Source: an uncultured virus (IMG/VR IMGVR_UViG_3300037114_000074)
Lineage: Duplodnaviria; Heunggongvirae; Uroviricota; Caudoviricetes
Length of the DNA stretch: 22,845 bases
IMG/VR virus record: IMGVR_UViG_3300037114_000074
Direction: 5' to 3' (one strand)
A model generated the notes under the pieces. The model was given only the letters and a program-made list of their open reading frames with translations. It was not told where the DNA came from and did no database searches. Position 1 is the stretch's first letter. Every line of letters begins with the position of its first letter. This document shows, in pieces, positions 16,160 to 22,845 of the stretch. A program made the position numbers and the translations under genes.

Positions 16160-16624
16160 TCACCTCGCTGTCATAATTCGTTGGATTTGCGCCAGCGCTG
16201 AACCGTCGGCTATCGCCGGCGCACAGTACTCCAGCACCCGGATCCCTGCCTCAACTGCGGCATTCATTTTTTCCCGATCGCGCGCAAATCCGCCCTGCGG
16301 CCCGCCGCGCAGATGGCGCCCGCGGTTGAACTCACTGGTCGCCCCGTGACACTCGATGGCGAGCCGGTGCGTGGGTGCGAACAGATCCAAACGCCAGCCA
16401 CGCTCTGGGTCAAAACGGTACTCGCGCACGAACAGGTACGAGAGCTTCACGGTCGAGAGTTGGAACAGCAGCGCACACACGTGCCGCTCGCGCTCTTCGC
16501 GTAACTCAGCCAGGCGCAAATCCCGCGCAGCGGGTGCCGTCGGCTTGACCACAGCAAGCCGCGTGCGCACTGAGTCGCGAACCGACTGCGGCAAATCCAG
16601 CACGCTGCGGATGCGTAGGCTCAT
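16160..16624 (-). CDS. PD-(D/E)XK endonuclease (very-short-patch/resolvase-like)
   Basis: REYRFDPERGWRLDL...LAIECHG...GRH.R...F.RDREKMNAA...G.RVL. Confidence 0.75.
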   Translation of the reverse strand: MSLRIRSVLDLPQSVRDSVRTRLAVVKPTAPAARDLRLAELREERERHVCALLFQLSTVKLSYLFVREYRFDPERGWRLDLFAPTHRLAIECHGATSEFNRGRHLRGGPQGGFARDREKMNAAVEAGIRVLEYCAPAIADGSALAQIQRIMTAR

Positions 16625-16950
16625 TGGCCCATGTTCTGCGGCAGCGGGTCGTCGAAGGGCGCCGCCTCTGCAGCCGTGTCCATTGCGGCTACGAGATCGT
16701 CTGGCAGCTTGCCGGTGGCCTTGGCGCCTCGCACCAGCGCGCGCATGTCGGCCGCGCGAACGGTACCTACGAAGTGCTTCACCTTGCCCCCCGTGGCTTT
16801 GCCCTGCGCGTCCAGCTTGCCGTCGTCGCTTTCAGTCACGTCGGCGTCGATGAGCCAGTGGCGGCCGTCAGGGGTGATGACGTGGCCGGTGTAGGCGCAG
16901 CGGTTAGCGCTCGAGGTGGAGCGGAAGAGCTTAAAAGCTGGTGCTGTCAC
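16621..16950 (-). CDS. Hypothetical protein (109 aa)
   Basis: AAGGAGG RBS before GTG; the stop overlaps the next ATG. Confidence 0.7.
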   Translation of the reverse strand: MTAPAFKLFRSTSSANRCAYTGHVITPDGRHWLIDADVTESDDGKLDAQGKATGGKVKHFVGTVRAADMRALVRGAKATGKLPDDLVAAMDTAAEAAPFDDPLPQNMGQ

Positions 16951-16962
16951 GGAGCCTCCTTG

Positions 16963-17204
16963 CTCATAAGCTCATAAGGTTCATAAGCCAATTCCCATGT
17001 ACACCTATACGGGAGTACAGTTTTACCAACGTGTGCTATAGGCATTGCCTTATGAACCCTATGAACCTTATGAGTTAGAACGGAATGTCCTCGTCAGGAA
17101 TTGACGTTTTTGACCTTGTGACCTTGTGACCTTGTGAGTCTGGCTCACTTATCGCGGCCTCATGCTCGCCGGAAACACCTTGTGATCCTTGTGATCCTTG
17201 TGAG
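16963..17204. promoter_or_regulatory. Probable replication origin: four triplets of CCTTRTGA-like iterons
   Basis: Triplets at 17048-17074, 17114-17137 and 17178-17204, plus an inverted triplet at 16963-16987, with a lower-GC spacer at 16988-17047. Located at the 3' end of the helicase gene. Confidence 0.65.
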
Positions 17205-18505
17205 GTACCTTGATCAGGCTCACAGGGTGGTTCCCCGATGTACACGTAGGCCTGCACTCGACTCTTGCCGCGCCCGGTAGGCTTCTCGCGGCGCCACCCG
17301 TCACGCACAAGTGCCCTGGCCGCAGGCCCTGCGATGCCACCTGATTTTCCTGGATCCTTGCGAGTCCCGATGTCAAAAACCTCCGCGAGCAGGTGTCGCA
17401 TTTCGATACGCTTTACGCCGCCGGCAACGAGCGCATCTGCGTACTGCAGAACATCGATATCGAGCGTTGATACACGAGCTCGTGAGGCCTGCTCTAGTCC
17501 TGCGCGCCGCGCCTGGTAGTCATCCAAATACCAAGGCTCTTTAGCCTCGTAGCGGCTCACGCCCTCCCCCCACAGTTGGGCCACGTCGCGCTTGAGGGCG
17601 GTGAGGTTGATTGCCGCGCAGTCCACGGGCCAGAAGCGGCGGGCCCCCGTGGCGTCCTGCAGGTACTCGTTCTCGTTTGTGGTGGCGATGAAGACGCTGT
17701 GCCGCGGCCTGTCCACGCTATTGCGCCCGTATGGCGGCCGGTAGTGGTCTATCCGGCGACTGATGAAGCCCTTAACAGCCTCCTGGTCTGAACGGCGTAG
17801 GCTCGTGAGCTCGGCCATCTCCCCGATCCACACGCTTTGGATGCCGATGGCTGCATCCTTGCTCGAGAGGTCGCCGGTGATATCCCGGGCCCACTGGTCA
17901 GCGCCCAGGATCCGTACCGCGGTGGATTTACCTTTCCCCTGCTCTCCTTCGAGTACGAGGATGGAGTCCATCTGACAACCGGGCTCAAAGATGCGTGCTA
18001 CAGCCCCAATGAGAAACTTTGGCCCCACGGCCTCGAGGTACGCGGCGTGGTCCTTGGCGCCGAGGTAAGCCTTTAGCCATGTTTCCAGGCGCGGCTTGCC
18101 GTCCCAGTCAGCCCGGCATTGGGTAAGGTAATCGCGCACCGGGTGGTAGGCGTGGTCCTTGGCGCGGCTCACAACCGTGTTGTGGACGGTACTTTCGCGC
18201 AGGGAAACGAAGCCTTGCGTCGTAAGCCACACCACGAGCTTTGTTACGTGATCGTCAGCCCAGGCGATTGGCTCATCATCGCCGAAAAACTTGTCGAGAT
18301 CGTCGCGCGGCATTCCAGGGAGTGGACGCCGGAGCTCAATGCGGTCGGAAAATTCGTCGTACTGCAGAATGTCCTTTAGTTCTGGCGCTTGATCCAGCGC
18401 GATCTGCACATTGCGTTCGTCTGGATACGGGTTGCCGTCTTTGCGGCGCACCAAGGAGCGCTTCCAGCCAGGGAATTCCGCGACAGCGTTTCCCACACTT
18501 CTCAC
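17075..18505 (-). CDS. VirE / virulence-associated E family P-loop helicase
   Basis: 476 aa. YHPVRDYL, WDGKPRL, Walker A GEQGKGKST, Walker B IGEMAEL, YRPPYGR and TTN...YLQDATGARRFWP. Confidence 0.9.
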   Translation of the reverse strand: MRSVGNAVAEFPGWKRSLVRRKDGNPYPDERNVQIALDQAPELKDILQYDEFSDRIELRRPLPGMPRDDLDKFFGDDEPIAWADDHVTKLVVWLTTQGFVSLRESTVHNTVVSRAKDHAYHPVRDYLTQCRADWDGKPRLETWLKAYLGAKDHAAYLEAVGPKFLIGAVARIFEPGCQMDSILVLEGEQGKGKSTAVRILGADQWARDITGDLSSKDAAIGIQSVWIGEMAELTSLRRSDQEAVKGFISRRIDHYRPPYGRNSVDRPRHSVFIATTNENEYLQDATGARRFWPVDCAAINLTALKRDVAQLWGEGVSRYEAKEPWYLDDYQARRAGLEQASRARVSTLDIDVLQYADALVAGGVKRIEMRHLLAEVFDIGTRKDPGKSGGIAGPAARALVRDGWRREKPTGRGKSRVQAYVYIGEPPCEPDQGTSQGSQGSQGVSGEHEAAISEPDSQGHKVTRSKTSIPDEDIPF

Positions 18506-18687
18506 CTAAGTCCCTGTTCACGCTCCATGTGCCCGACGCGCTGCGGGGTACGCAGCCCTATCAGTTCTTTCATGCGCGCAGCAGCCTCGCGCCTAGCGGG
18601 CTCGGAAGCCGCGTAATTGAGGTTTTTCCAGGCCTCGCTGATCCAGCGCTCGAGCTGTTCGTCGCTGGTTGGAAGTGTTGTGCTCAC
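18502..18687 (-). CDS. Hypothetical protein (61 aa)
   Basis: GTG start; the stop overlaps the helicase GTG. Confidence 0.6.
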   Translation of the reverse strand: MSTTLPTSDEQLERWISEAWKNLNYAASEPARREAAARMKELIGLRTPQRVGHMEREQGLR

Positions 18688-18784
18688 GCGCGCCCTACCC
18701 TGTTAGGTGTTATGTCGGAACGTTAAGTTGAGTCGCGCGCAGCGCGGGTAAAAATAGGCTTATTGTGTTCGTGAAGGACACGAA

Positions 18785-18994
18785 CTAAGCCGCCGAGGCG
18801 CGAGATGAAGCGGCTAATTTTGGGCTGTAAATGCCTTCCCAAGTGACCGGCGTGCTATCGACGATTTGCTGCGCGAGCTTGACTCGCGGCCTGCGGGTGC
18901 CTTGTTTGTAGGCAAGCGCTGCGCGCTCCGTGATTCCGAAACGCTTCGCGAAATCCTCTAATCCCACCTGCTCGACGTACTCAGAAAGTTGCAT
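18785..18994 (-). CDS. Cro-like HTH regulator (69 aa)
   Basis: MQLSEYV...FAKRFGITERAALAYKQGTRRP; divergent from the repressor. Confidence 0.8.
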   Translation of the reverse strand: MQLSEYVEQVGLEDFAKRFGITERAALAYKQGTRRPRVKLAQQIVDSTPVTWEGIYSPKLAASSRASAA

Positions 18995-19008
18995 GGCCAG
19001 AATGTGTA

Positions 19009-19021
19009 ACACAAACCGTGT
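19009..19021. promoter_or_regulatory. Operator (ACAC-N5-GTGT) in the cro promoter
   Basis: ACACAAACCGTGT; on the minus strand it lies just downstream of a TTGCCA -35-like hexamer. A degenerate copy, ACACAATTCGTTC, is at 19041-19053. Confidence 0.7.
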
Positions 19022-19090
19022 CGCATGGCAATCGCCGGTCACACAATTCGTTCATGGCGCGCGCCGAAGCCGCGCCAGCACACTTTGTGG

Positions 19091-19438
19091 ATGGCTGGGA
19101 AAGGCAAAAAAACCGTAGAAGGCGTCCTGTGCGGTCAGCGCATCGCTGAAGCCCGTAAGGGAGCCCCAGGTGGGCCAATGAATCTGAATGAACTGGCAGC
19201 CCGCACCAAGATAGGCGCCTCCACGCTAGGGAACTATGAGCAGGGCACCAGGAAGCTCCCCATACGAGCCGCCAAAGCTGTCCAGAAGGCGACCGGCTAC
19301 CCAGCGGCCTACCTCATGGGTCTAGTCGACGAAGGCGACAGGGACCTCCTAATGGCCTCCCCGGAAGCTCGCAAGTCGCTTCTTGAAGCTATCAGGCAAC
19401 TGGCCGCAGGCCCTTTTCGACGAACCGGATCTGACTGA
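19091..19438 (+). CDS. CI-like XRE repressor without S24 peptidase domain (115 aa; start uncertain)
   Basis: GQRIAEARK...NELAARTKIGASTLGNYEQGTRKL is an XRE HTH; flanked by operator-bearing promoters. Confidence 0.8.
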   Translation: MAGKGKKTVEGVLCGQRIAEARKGAPGGPMNLNELAARTKIGASTLGNYEQGTRKLPIRAAKAVQKATGYPAAYLMGLVDEGDRDLLMASPEARKSLLEAIRQLAAGPFRRTGSD

Positions 19439-19484
19439 TACGGGCGTCCTGCGGCTGCTCGAAAATTAGCTTTCTCCGTGACGC

Positions 19485-19525
19485 ACACGTTTTGTGTTGA
19501 CAGGCTCACACAGTTCGTGTTTACT
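19485..19525 (+). promoter_or_regulatory. Early promoter with two operators
   Basis: TTGACA (19497-19502), 17-nt spacer, TTTACT (19520-19525). Operators ACACGTTTTGTGT at 19485-19497 and ACACAGTTCGTGT at 19508-19520. Confidence 0.75.
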
Positions 19526-19532
19526 GCGTCCC

Positions 19533-19745
19533 ATGACGACGCCAGACTTATTCCCCGCCGAGCTCGCCGCCGCGCAAGCCGAGTTTGCTGCCGCTCACCC
19601 CTTCGATGAGTCCCCGCAATTGCTGGCGCGCGCCCATGAGGATGTCGACGAGTCCGACGAGGACATGCGCGATGTTGCAGAGGAACTTCGCTGGCAGCAG
19701 TTCGATGCAGCACTGGATGAGGAACGCCACAATGCCCGTCGGTGA
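19533..19745 (+). CDS. Acidic hypothetical protein (70 aa), first early gene
   Basis: ATG 7 nt after the -10; MTTPDLFPAELAAAQAEF. Confidence 0.65.
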   Translation: MTTPDLFPAELAAAQAEFAAAHPFDESPQLLARAHEDVDESDEDMRDVAEELRWQQFDAALDEERHNARR

Positions 19746-19905
19746 CGCCTACGACCGCTCCCGCACCTATCCCGAGCAGGTGCCGCTGCCCTGGTGGCTG
19801 GTCGTTGTGGCCTTCATAGGGCTAATCGTCGTCGGTGTGCTCGCGGTTCCGTTGCTACTCGCCTTTGCGTTCATTGACTGCATTGCGCAGCGCGGTGAGC
19901 CATGA
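19732..19905 (+). CDS. Small TM protein (57 aa)
   Basis: GAGGA RBS; WWLVVVAFIGLIVVGVLAVPLLLAFAF. Confidence 0.6.
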   Translation: MPVGDAYDRSRTYPEQVPLPWWLVVVAFIGLIVVGVLAVPLLLAFAFIDCIAQRGEP

Positions 19906-19991
19906 CCCGCCATCAACGCATCTGGCTTGGTATCGCGGGACTCTCACTGATGGCCGCCATGATCGCAGCGGGCGGCGTGTGGCAGCCGTGA
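19902..19991 (+). CDS. Small TM peptide (29 aa)
   Basis: MTRHQRIWLGIAGLSLMAAMIAAGGVWQP; ATGA/GTGA coupled at both ends. Confidence 0.5.
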   Translation: MTRHQRIWLGIAGLSLMAAMIAAGGVWQP

Positions 19992-20332
19992 GCAGTCATA
20001 AGTTGGTCTCAGACTACCTCGACCATGCACTGCAGCGGTGGGACAACGTATTCCAGAAGGCGTCAGGCTCGCGGGAGATGGTCGAGGATGACAAGGGCGA
20101 GTTCGTGAAGTTCGATGACATGGACCTGTACATGTTTGAAGGCGCTCTGCTTATGCAACAAATGGCCGACAAAAACGATGAGCTGCTGGCTGCGCTGAAG
20201 GAGCTGGTATTTGCAGAAACCGAAAGGTTGCAAGGCGCCGAAACAGATTCTGCGTACCTAGCGCAGCAGTCCGCCGTTGCAACGGCCCTGACTTTCGCCC
20301 GCGCCGCCATCGCCAAAGCGGTGCAGTCATGA
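19988..20332 (+). CDS. Hypothetical protein (114 aa)
   Basis: GTG start by overlap. C-terminal ELLAALKEL...ARAAIAKA motif common in phage early proteins. Confidence 0.65.
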   Translation: MSSHKLVSDYLDHALQRWDNVFQKASGSREMVEDDKGEFVKFDDMDLYMFEGALLMQQMADKNDELLAALKELVFAETERLQGAETDSAYLAQQSAVATALTFARAAIAKAVQS

Positions 20333-20463
20333 ACCGCTTCGCGCACTGGTGGGTGCACCTGAGCTTCTCTCAGGGCGCGCTCGTGATCATTCTTGCGCTG
20401 CTCGCGACGCTAATCATCTGCGGGTGGTTAGCTGCGCGCCGCGCCAAAAGGAAGTATCCGTGA
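20329..20463 (+). CDS. Small TM protein (44 aa)
   Basis: MNRFAHWWVHLSFSQGALVIILALLATLIICGWLAARRAKRKYP; coupled at both ends. Confidence 0.6.
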   Translation: MNRFAHWWVHLSFSQGALVIILALLATLIICGWLAARRAKRKYP

Positions 20464-20570
20464 ACGCTAAGTACCATCGCGCCCCGCGGTATTGGTCGCG
20501 GATGACAATAGCGGTGACGGCGGCAGTCCTTTTGCTCGCCGCACTAATGGCATTGGCGGTGACACCGTGA
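20460..20570 (+). CDS. Small TM peptide (36 aa)
   Basis: MNAKYHRAPRYWSRMTIAVTAAVLLLAALMALAVTP; coupled at both ends. Confidence 0.55.
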   Translation: MNAKYHRAPRYWSRMTIAVTAAVLLLAALMALAVTP

Positions 20571-20743
20571 GCTGCCACATCTGCGATCAGCGTATCAGTG
20601 AGCTTCTTGCCGACGGCTACAGCATGGAGATCGCGCTACGGGTTGCCAAACGCGAACACGGTGACCGCAATCTTCCAACTAAGGAGTTTCTGGATCGTGA
20701 AGTGCTGCGCCGGCAGGGTGACTGGGCGGAACTGACCGAATGA
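20567..20743 (+). CDS. Hypothetical protein (58 aa)
   Basis: GTGA overlap; MSCHICDQRISELL. Confidence 0.55.
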   Translation: MSCHICDQRISELLADGYSMEIALRVAKREHGDRNLPTKEFLDREVLRRQGDWAELTE

Positions 20744-20946
20744 ACATCATCCACCGCGACGGTCATCGCATCGTGACGGAGTACATCTACCCGCCGATAC
20801 CCGTCAGGACGATGGACTGGCAAGCCACGCTCGATAACTACGACTGTGATTGGAATGCGCAAGCCGGCTACTTCAGTACCTGCCCGATGGGGTGGGGGGA
20901 GACCGAAGCTGCGGCCATCGCTGATCTTCTGGAGGCAATCGAATGA
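20740..20946 (+). CDS. Phage hypothetical protein (68 aa)
   Basis: PPIPVR.MDW.A..D.YD...GWGETEAAAIADL, a recurrent phage motif; coupled at both ends. Confidence 0.7.
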   Translation: MNIIHRDGHRIVTEYIYPPIPVRTMDWQATLDNYDCDWNAQAGYFSTCPMGWGETEAAAIADLLEAIE

Positions 20947-21119
20947 CCCCCGACGAACTCCAACAGCTCGCCGTGCGTCTCTACCACGAACTGATGTGCG
21001 CTCACAGGGAAGCTAAGAACACATCCCGCAGCGAGCGCGCGCCGATTGAGGCGCGGATTGTGCAGATTGCCCGGGATCTGAAATTCACTCTCGATCAGCA
21101 CAAAAAGGTGACGCCATGA
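20943..21119 (+). CDS. Hypothetical protein (58 aa)
   Basis: GGAGG RBS; MTPDELQQLAVRLYHEL; coupled at both ends. Confidence 0.6.
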   Translation: MTPDELQQLAVRLYHELMCAHREAKNTSRSERAPIEARIVQIARDLKFTLDQHKKVTP

Positions 21120-21289
21120 GACTCACTAACAACGCACTCGTCAGCTTCCGCGTCGTCGGCGTGAGCCTTGACCGGCGCACTGAGGATTTACATCGCCGCC
21201 ACGACTTGATTGAGCAGCGCCGCTTTGCCAAGCGCGTTGAGATGAACGTCGCGCGGCGACAATATTACAAACCGAGGACAGCACAATGA
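21116..21289 (+). CDS. Basic hypothetical protein (57 aa)
   Basis: AAGGTG RBS; MRLTNNALVSFRVV; coupled at both ends. Confidence 0.55.
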   Translation: MRLTNNALVSFRVVGVSLDRRTEDLHRRHDLIEQRRFAKRVEMNVARRQYYKPRTAQ

Positions 21290-22425
21290 CTCTTTTCAAA
21301 AAAGCCGAATCAACTTCCGCGTACCTTAAGGCTGGACTCATGGGCTTTGCCGGCAGCGGCAAAACCTTCACGGCCACTACCATCGCGATTGGACTGGCGA
21401 AACTCATTGCGGAGAAGAAACTCGCGCAAGCGGGTAAGCCGATCTTCTTCCTCGACACGGAGACCGGCTCCGACTACGTGACGCAGAAGGTGCGCGAGGC
21501 CGGATTGGAGCTCTACGCCGCGAAGTCCCGCTCGTTCCTGGACTGCATCGAGGCGATTAACGAGTGCGAGAAGTCAGGTTCCGCGCTCATCATCGACTCG
21601 ATCACACACGTATGGCGCGAGTTCTGCGACGCCTATAAGAAGAAAAAAGGACGCAGCCGCATGGAAATGCTCGATTGGGTCGCGGTCAAGGAGGAGTGGT
21701 CGCGCTTTACGGACGCCTACGTGAATTCTTCCGCGCACATCATCATGTGCGGTCGTGCAGGCTTTGAGTACGAGCACGAGGTGGATGAAGTCTCTGGCAA
21801 AAAGCAGCTCATCAAGTCAGGGATCAAGATGAAGGCGGAAGGGGAAACCGGCTACGAGCCATCGCTGCTCGTGCTGATGGAGCGTGAGACGGACGTGCGG
21901 ACTAATCAGGTCTCGCGCACAGCCTATATCCTCAAGGAGCGCTTTGACGTGATCGACGGCAAGGCAATCGTGAATCCTGTATTCGCTGACTTCCTGCCGC
22001 ATATCGAGAGGCTGAACTTGGGCGGCGTGCAGTTGGGCGTTGACACGACGCGAGATTCGACCGCGCTCTTTTCTTCTGGCGACGGGGATAGCCAATGGAA
22101 GTACGAGATGCGGCAGAAGGAAATCGCGCTCGATGAGATCAAGGAGGAGATCACCAAGCACTTAGGATTCGGCATGGACGCGGAGACGAAGAAGAGCAAG
22201 GCGGAGCTGCTGGAGAAGGTCTCGGGCACGCGTTCATGGGCCAAGGTCGAGGCCATGAAATGGCTCGAGGTTAAGGAGATCCGAAATCGCCTGTGGATCG
22301 CGACGCGTGGCCACCCACACGGCGAGGAACCCAAGGTTGAGGCCGAGAAGATCCAAGGCGACGATGCCATCCCGCATGACGCGCCGGCGGCAAACAGTGC
22401 TGGCGCTGCCGAGGCGGCAGCATGA
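21286..22425 (+). CDS. AAA ATPase, Sak4-like recombination protein
   Basis: 379 aa. Walker A GFAGSGKT, FLDTETGS, Walker B LIIDSITHVW; located in the early operon. Confidence 0.8.
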   Translation: MTLFKKAESTSAYLKAGLMGFAGSGKTFTATTIAIGLAKLIAEKKLAQAGKPIFFLDTETGSDYVTQKVREAGLELYAAKSRSFLDCIEAINECEKSGSALIIDSITHVWREFCDAYKKKKGRSRMEMLDWVAVKEEWSRFTDAYVNSSAHIIMCGRAGFEYEHEVDEVSGKKQLIKSGIKMKAEGETGYEPSLLVLMERETDVRTNQVSRTAYILKERFDVIDGKAIVNPVFADFLPHIERLNLGGVQLGVDTTRDSTALFSSGDGDSQWKYEMRQKEIALDEIKEEITKHLGFGMDAETKKSKAELLEKVSGTRSWAKVEAMKWLEVKEIRNRLWIATRGHPHGEEPKVEAEKIQGDDAIPHDAPAANSAGAAEAAA

Positions 22426-22571
22426 GCACCTGGAGCAAGCGCAAGCGCGATCGTTATCTCGCCCTGGCGCGCTACTTCGACGGACTGGCAGCTAGCCTGC
22501 GCAAGCGCGTTCGCGAACATACCCCGAAGCGTGCGACGAAGCCGAAGCTGGTGCAGGACAAGGCGGCGTGA
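22422..22571 (+). CDS. Basic hypothetical protein (49 aa)
   Basis: MSTWSKRKRDRYLALARYF; coupled at both ends. Confidence 0.55.
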   Translation: MSTWSKRKRDRYLALARYFDGLAASLRKRVREHTPKRATKPKLVQDKAA

Positions 22572-22669
22572 GCGCACTGAGCTTCAAGGATCTGTGCCAG
22601 TTGCTTGATTGCAAGCAGGCGTCCGCCGCCGAACAGCACAACGCATTGAAAGCAAAGGTAAGCCCATGA
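22568..22669 (+). CDS. Small hypothetical protein (33 aa)
   Basis: MSALSFKDLCQLLDCKQASAAEQHNALKAKVSP; coupled at both ends. Confidence 0.4.
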   Translation: MSALSFKDLCQLLDCKQASAAEQHNALKAKVSP

Positions 22670-22845
22670 ACGTTCAGATCAAAAACCGCTTCTCAGGCGC
22701 CGTCCTGTTCAAAGGCGAATACGATTCGATGAGGGACTGCGTAGTCGCGGCGGTCAAAGCGCACGCCTACCTCGCGGACGCCTACCTCGCGGACGCCTAC
22801 CTCGCGCACGCCAACCTCACGGGCGCCAACCTCGCGGACGCCTAC
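22666..22845 (+). CDS. Pentapeptide-repeat protein (runs off the window end)
   Basis: MNVQIKNRFSGAVLF...AVKAH, then AYLAD AYLAD AYLAH ANLTG ANLAD, with 15-bp DNA repeats. Confidence 0.85.
   Translation, partial: MNVQIKNRFSGAVLFKGEYDSMRDCVVAAVKAHAYLADAYLADAYLAHANLTGANLADAY

Noticed and set aside
16963..17204. Short repeats as a CRISPR array
   Set aside because: The units are 8-9 bp and tandem, with no unique spacers and no cas genes.
18767..18785. GTTCGTG-N5-CACGAAC hairpin after cro as a terminator
   Set aside because: The stem is only 7 bp and lacks a convincing U-tract, so no function can be supported.
22568..22669. 33-aa ORF as an excisionase
   Set aside because: Only the first ~17 residues resemble a Xis-like helix, the ORF is too short, and no integrase is in the window.
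22762..22845. 15-bp tandem repeats as a contingency locus or DGR repeat
   Set aside because: They are fully explained by pentapeptide-repeat coding; no reverse transcriptase or TR/VR pair is seen.

Overview
A 22.8-kb, GC-rich segment of a temperate, contractile-tailed (myovirus-type) phage or prophage. The minus strand from 18994 to 1 forms one long, tightly coupled run. In order it encodes a Cro-like regulator, a VirE-family helicase with an adjacent iteron array (probable origin), a PD-(D/E)XK nuclease, a GcrA-like HTH protein, a DNA adenine methyltransferase, a papain-like peptidase, TerS, TerL, portal, a Mu-F minor head protein, a block of fibre/adaptor-like genes, neck and tail-completion genes, tail sheath and tail tube. 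The plus strand from 19091 carries a short CI-like repressor and then an early operon of many small ORFs, a Sak4-like AAA ATPase and a pentapeptide-repeat protein. Two observations stand out. (1) The methyltransferase sits in a 973-bp transposase-free cassette with 28-bp terminal inverted repeats and an 8-bp target duplication. It inserted at the start of the peptidase gene and supplies a new in-frame start, so the operon appears intact. (2) No major capsid, prohead protease/scaffold or head-tail connector gene is recognisable in the usual place between Mu-F and the neck genes; a seamless fibre module occupies that slot. Family names come from motif recognition by eye, not from database searches.
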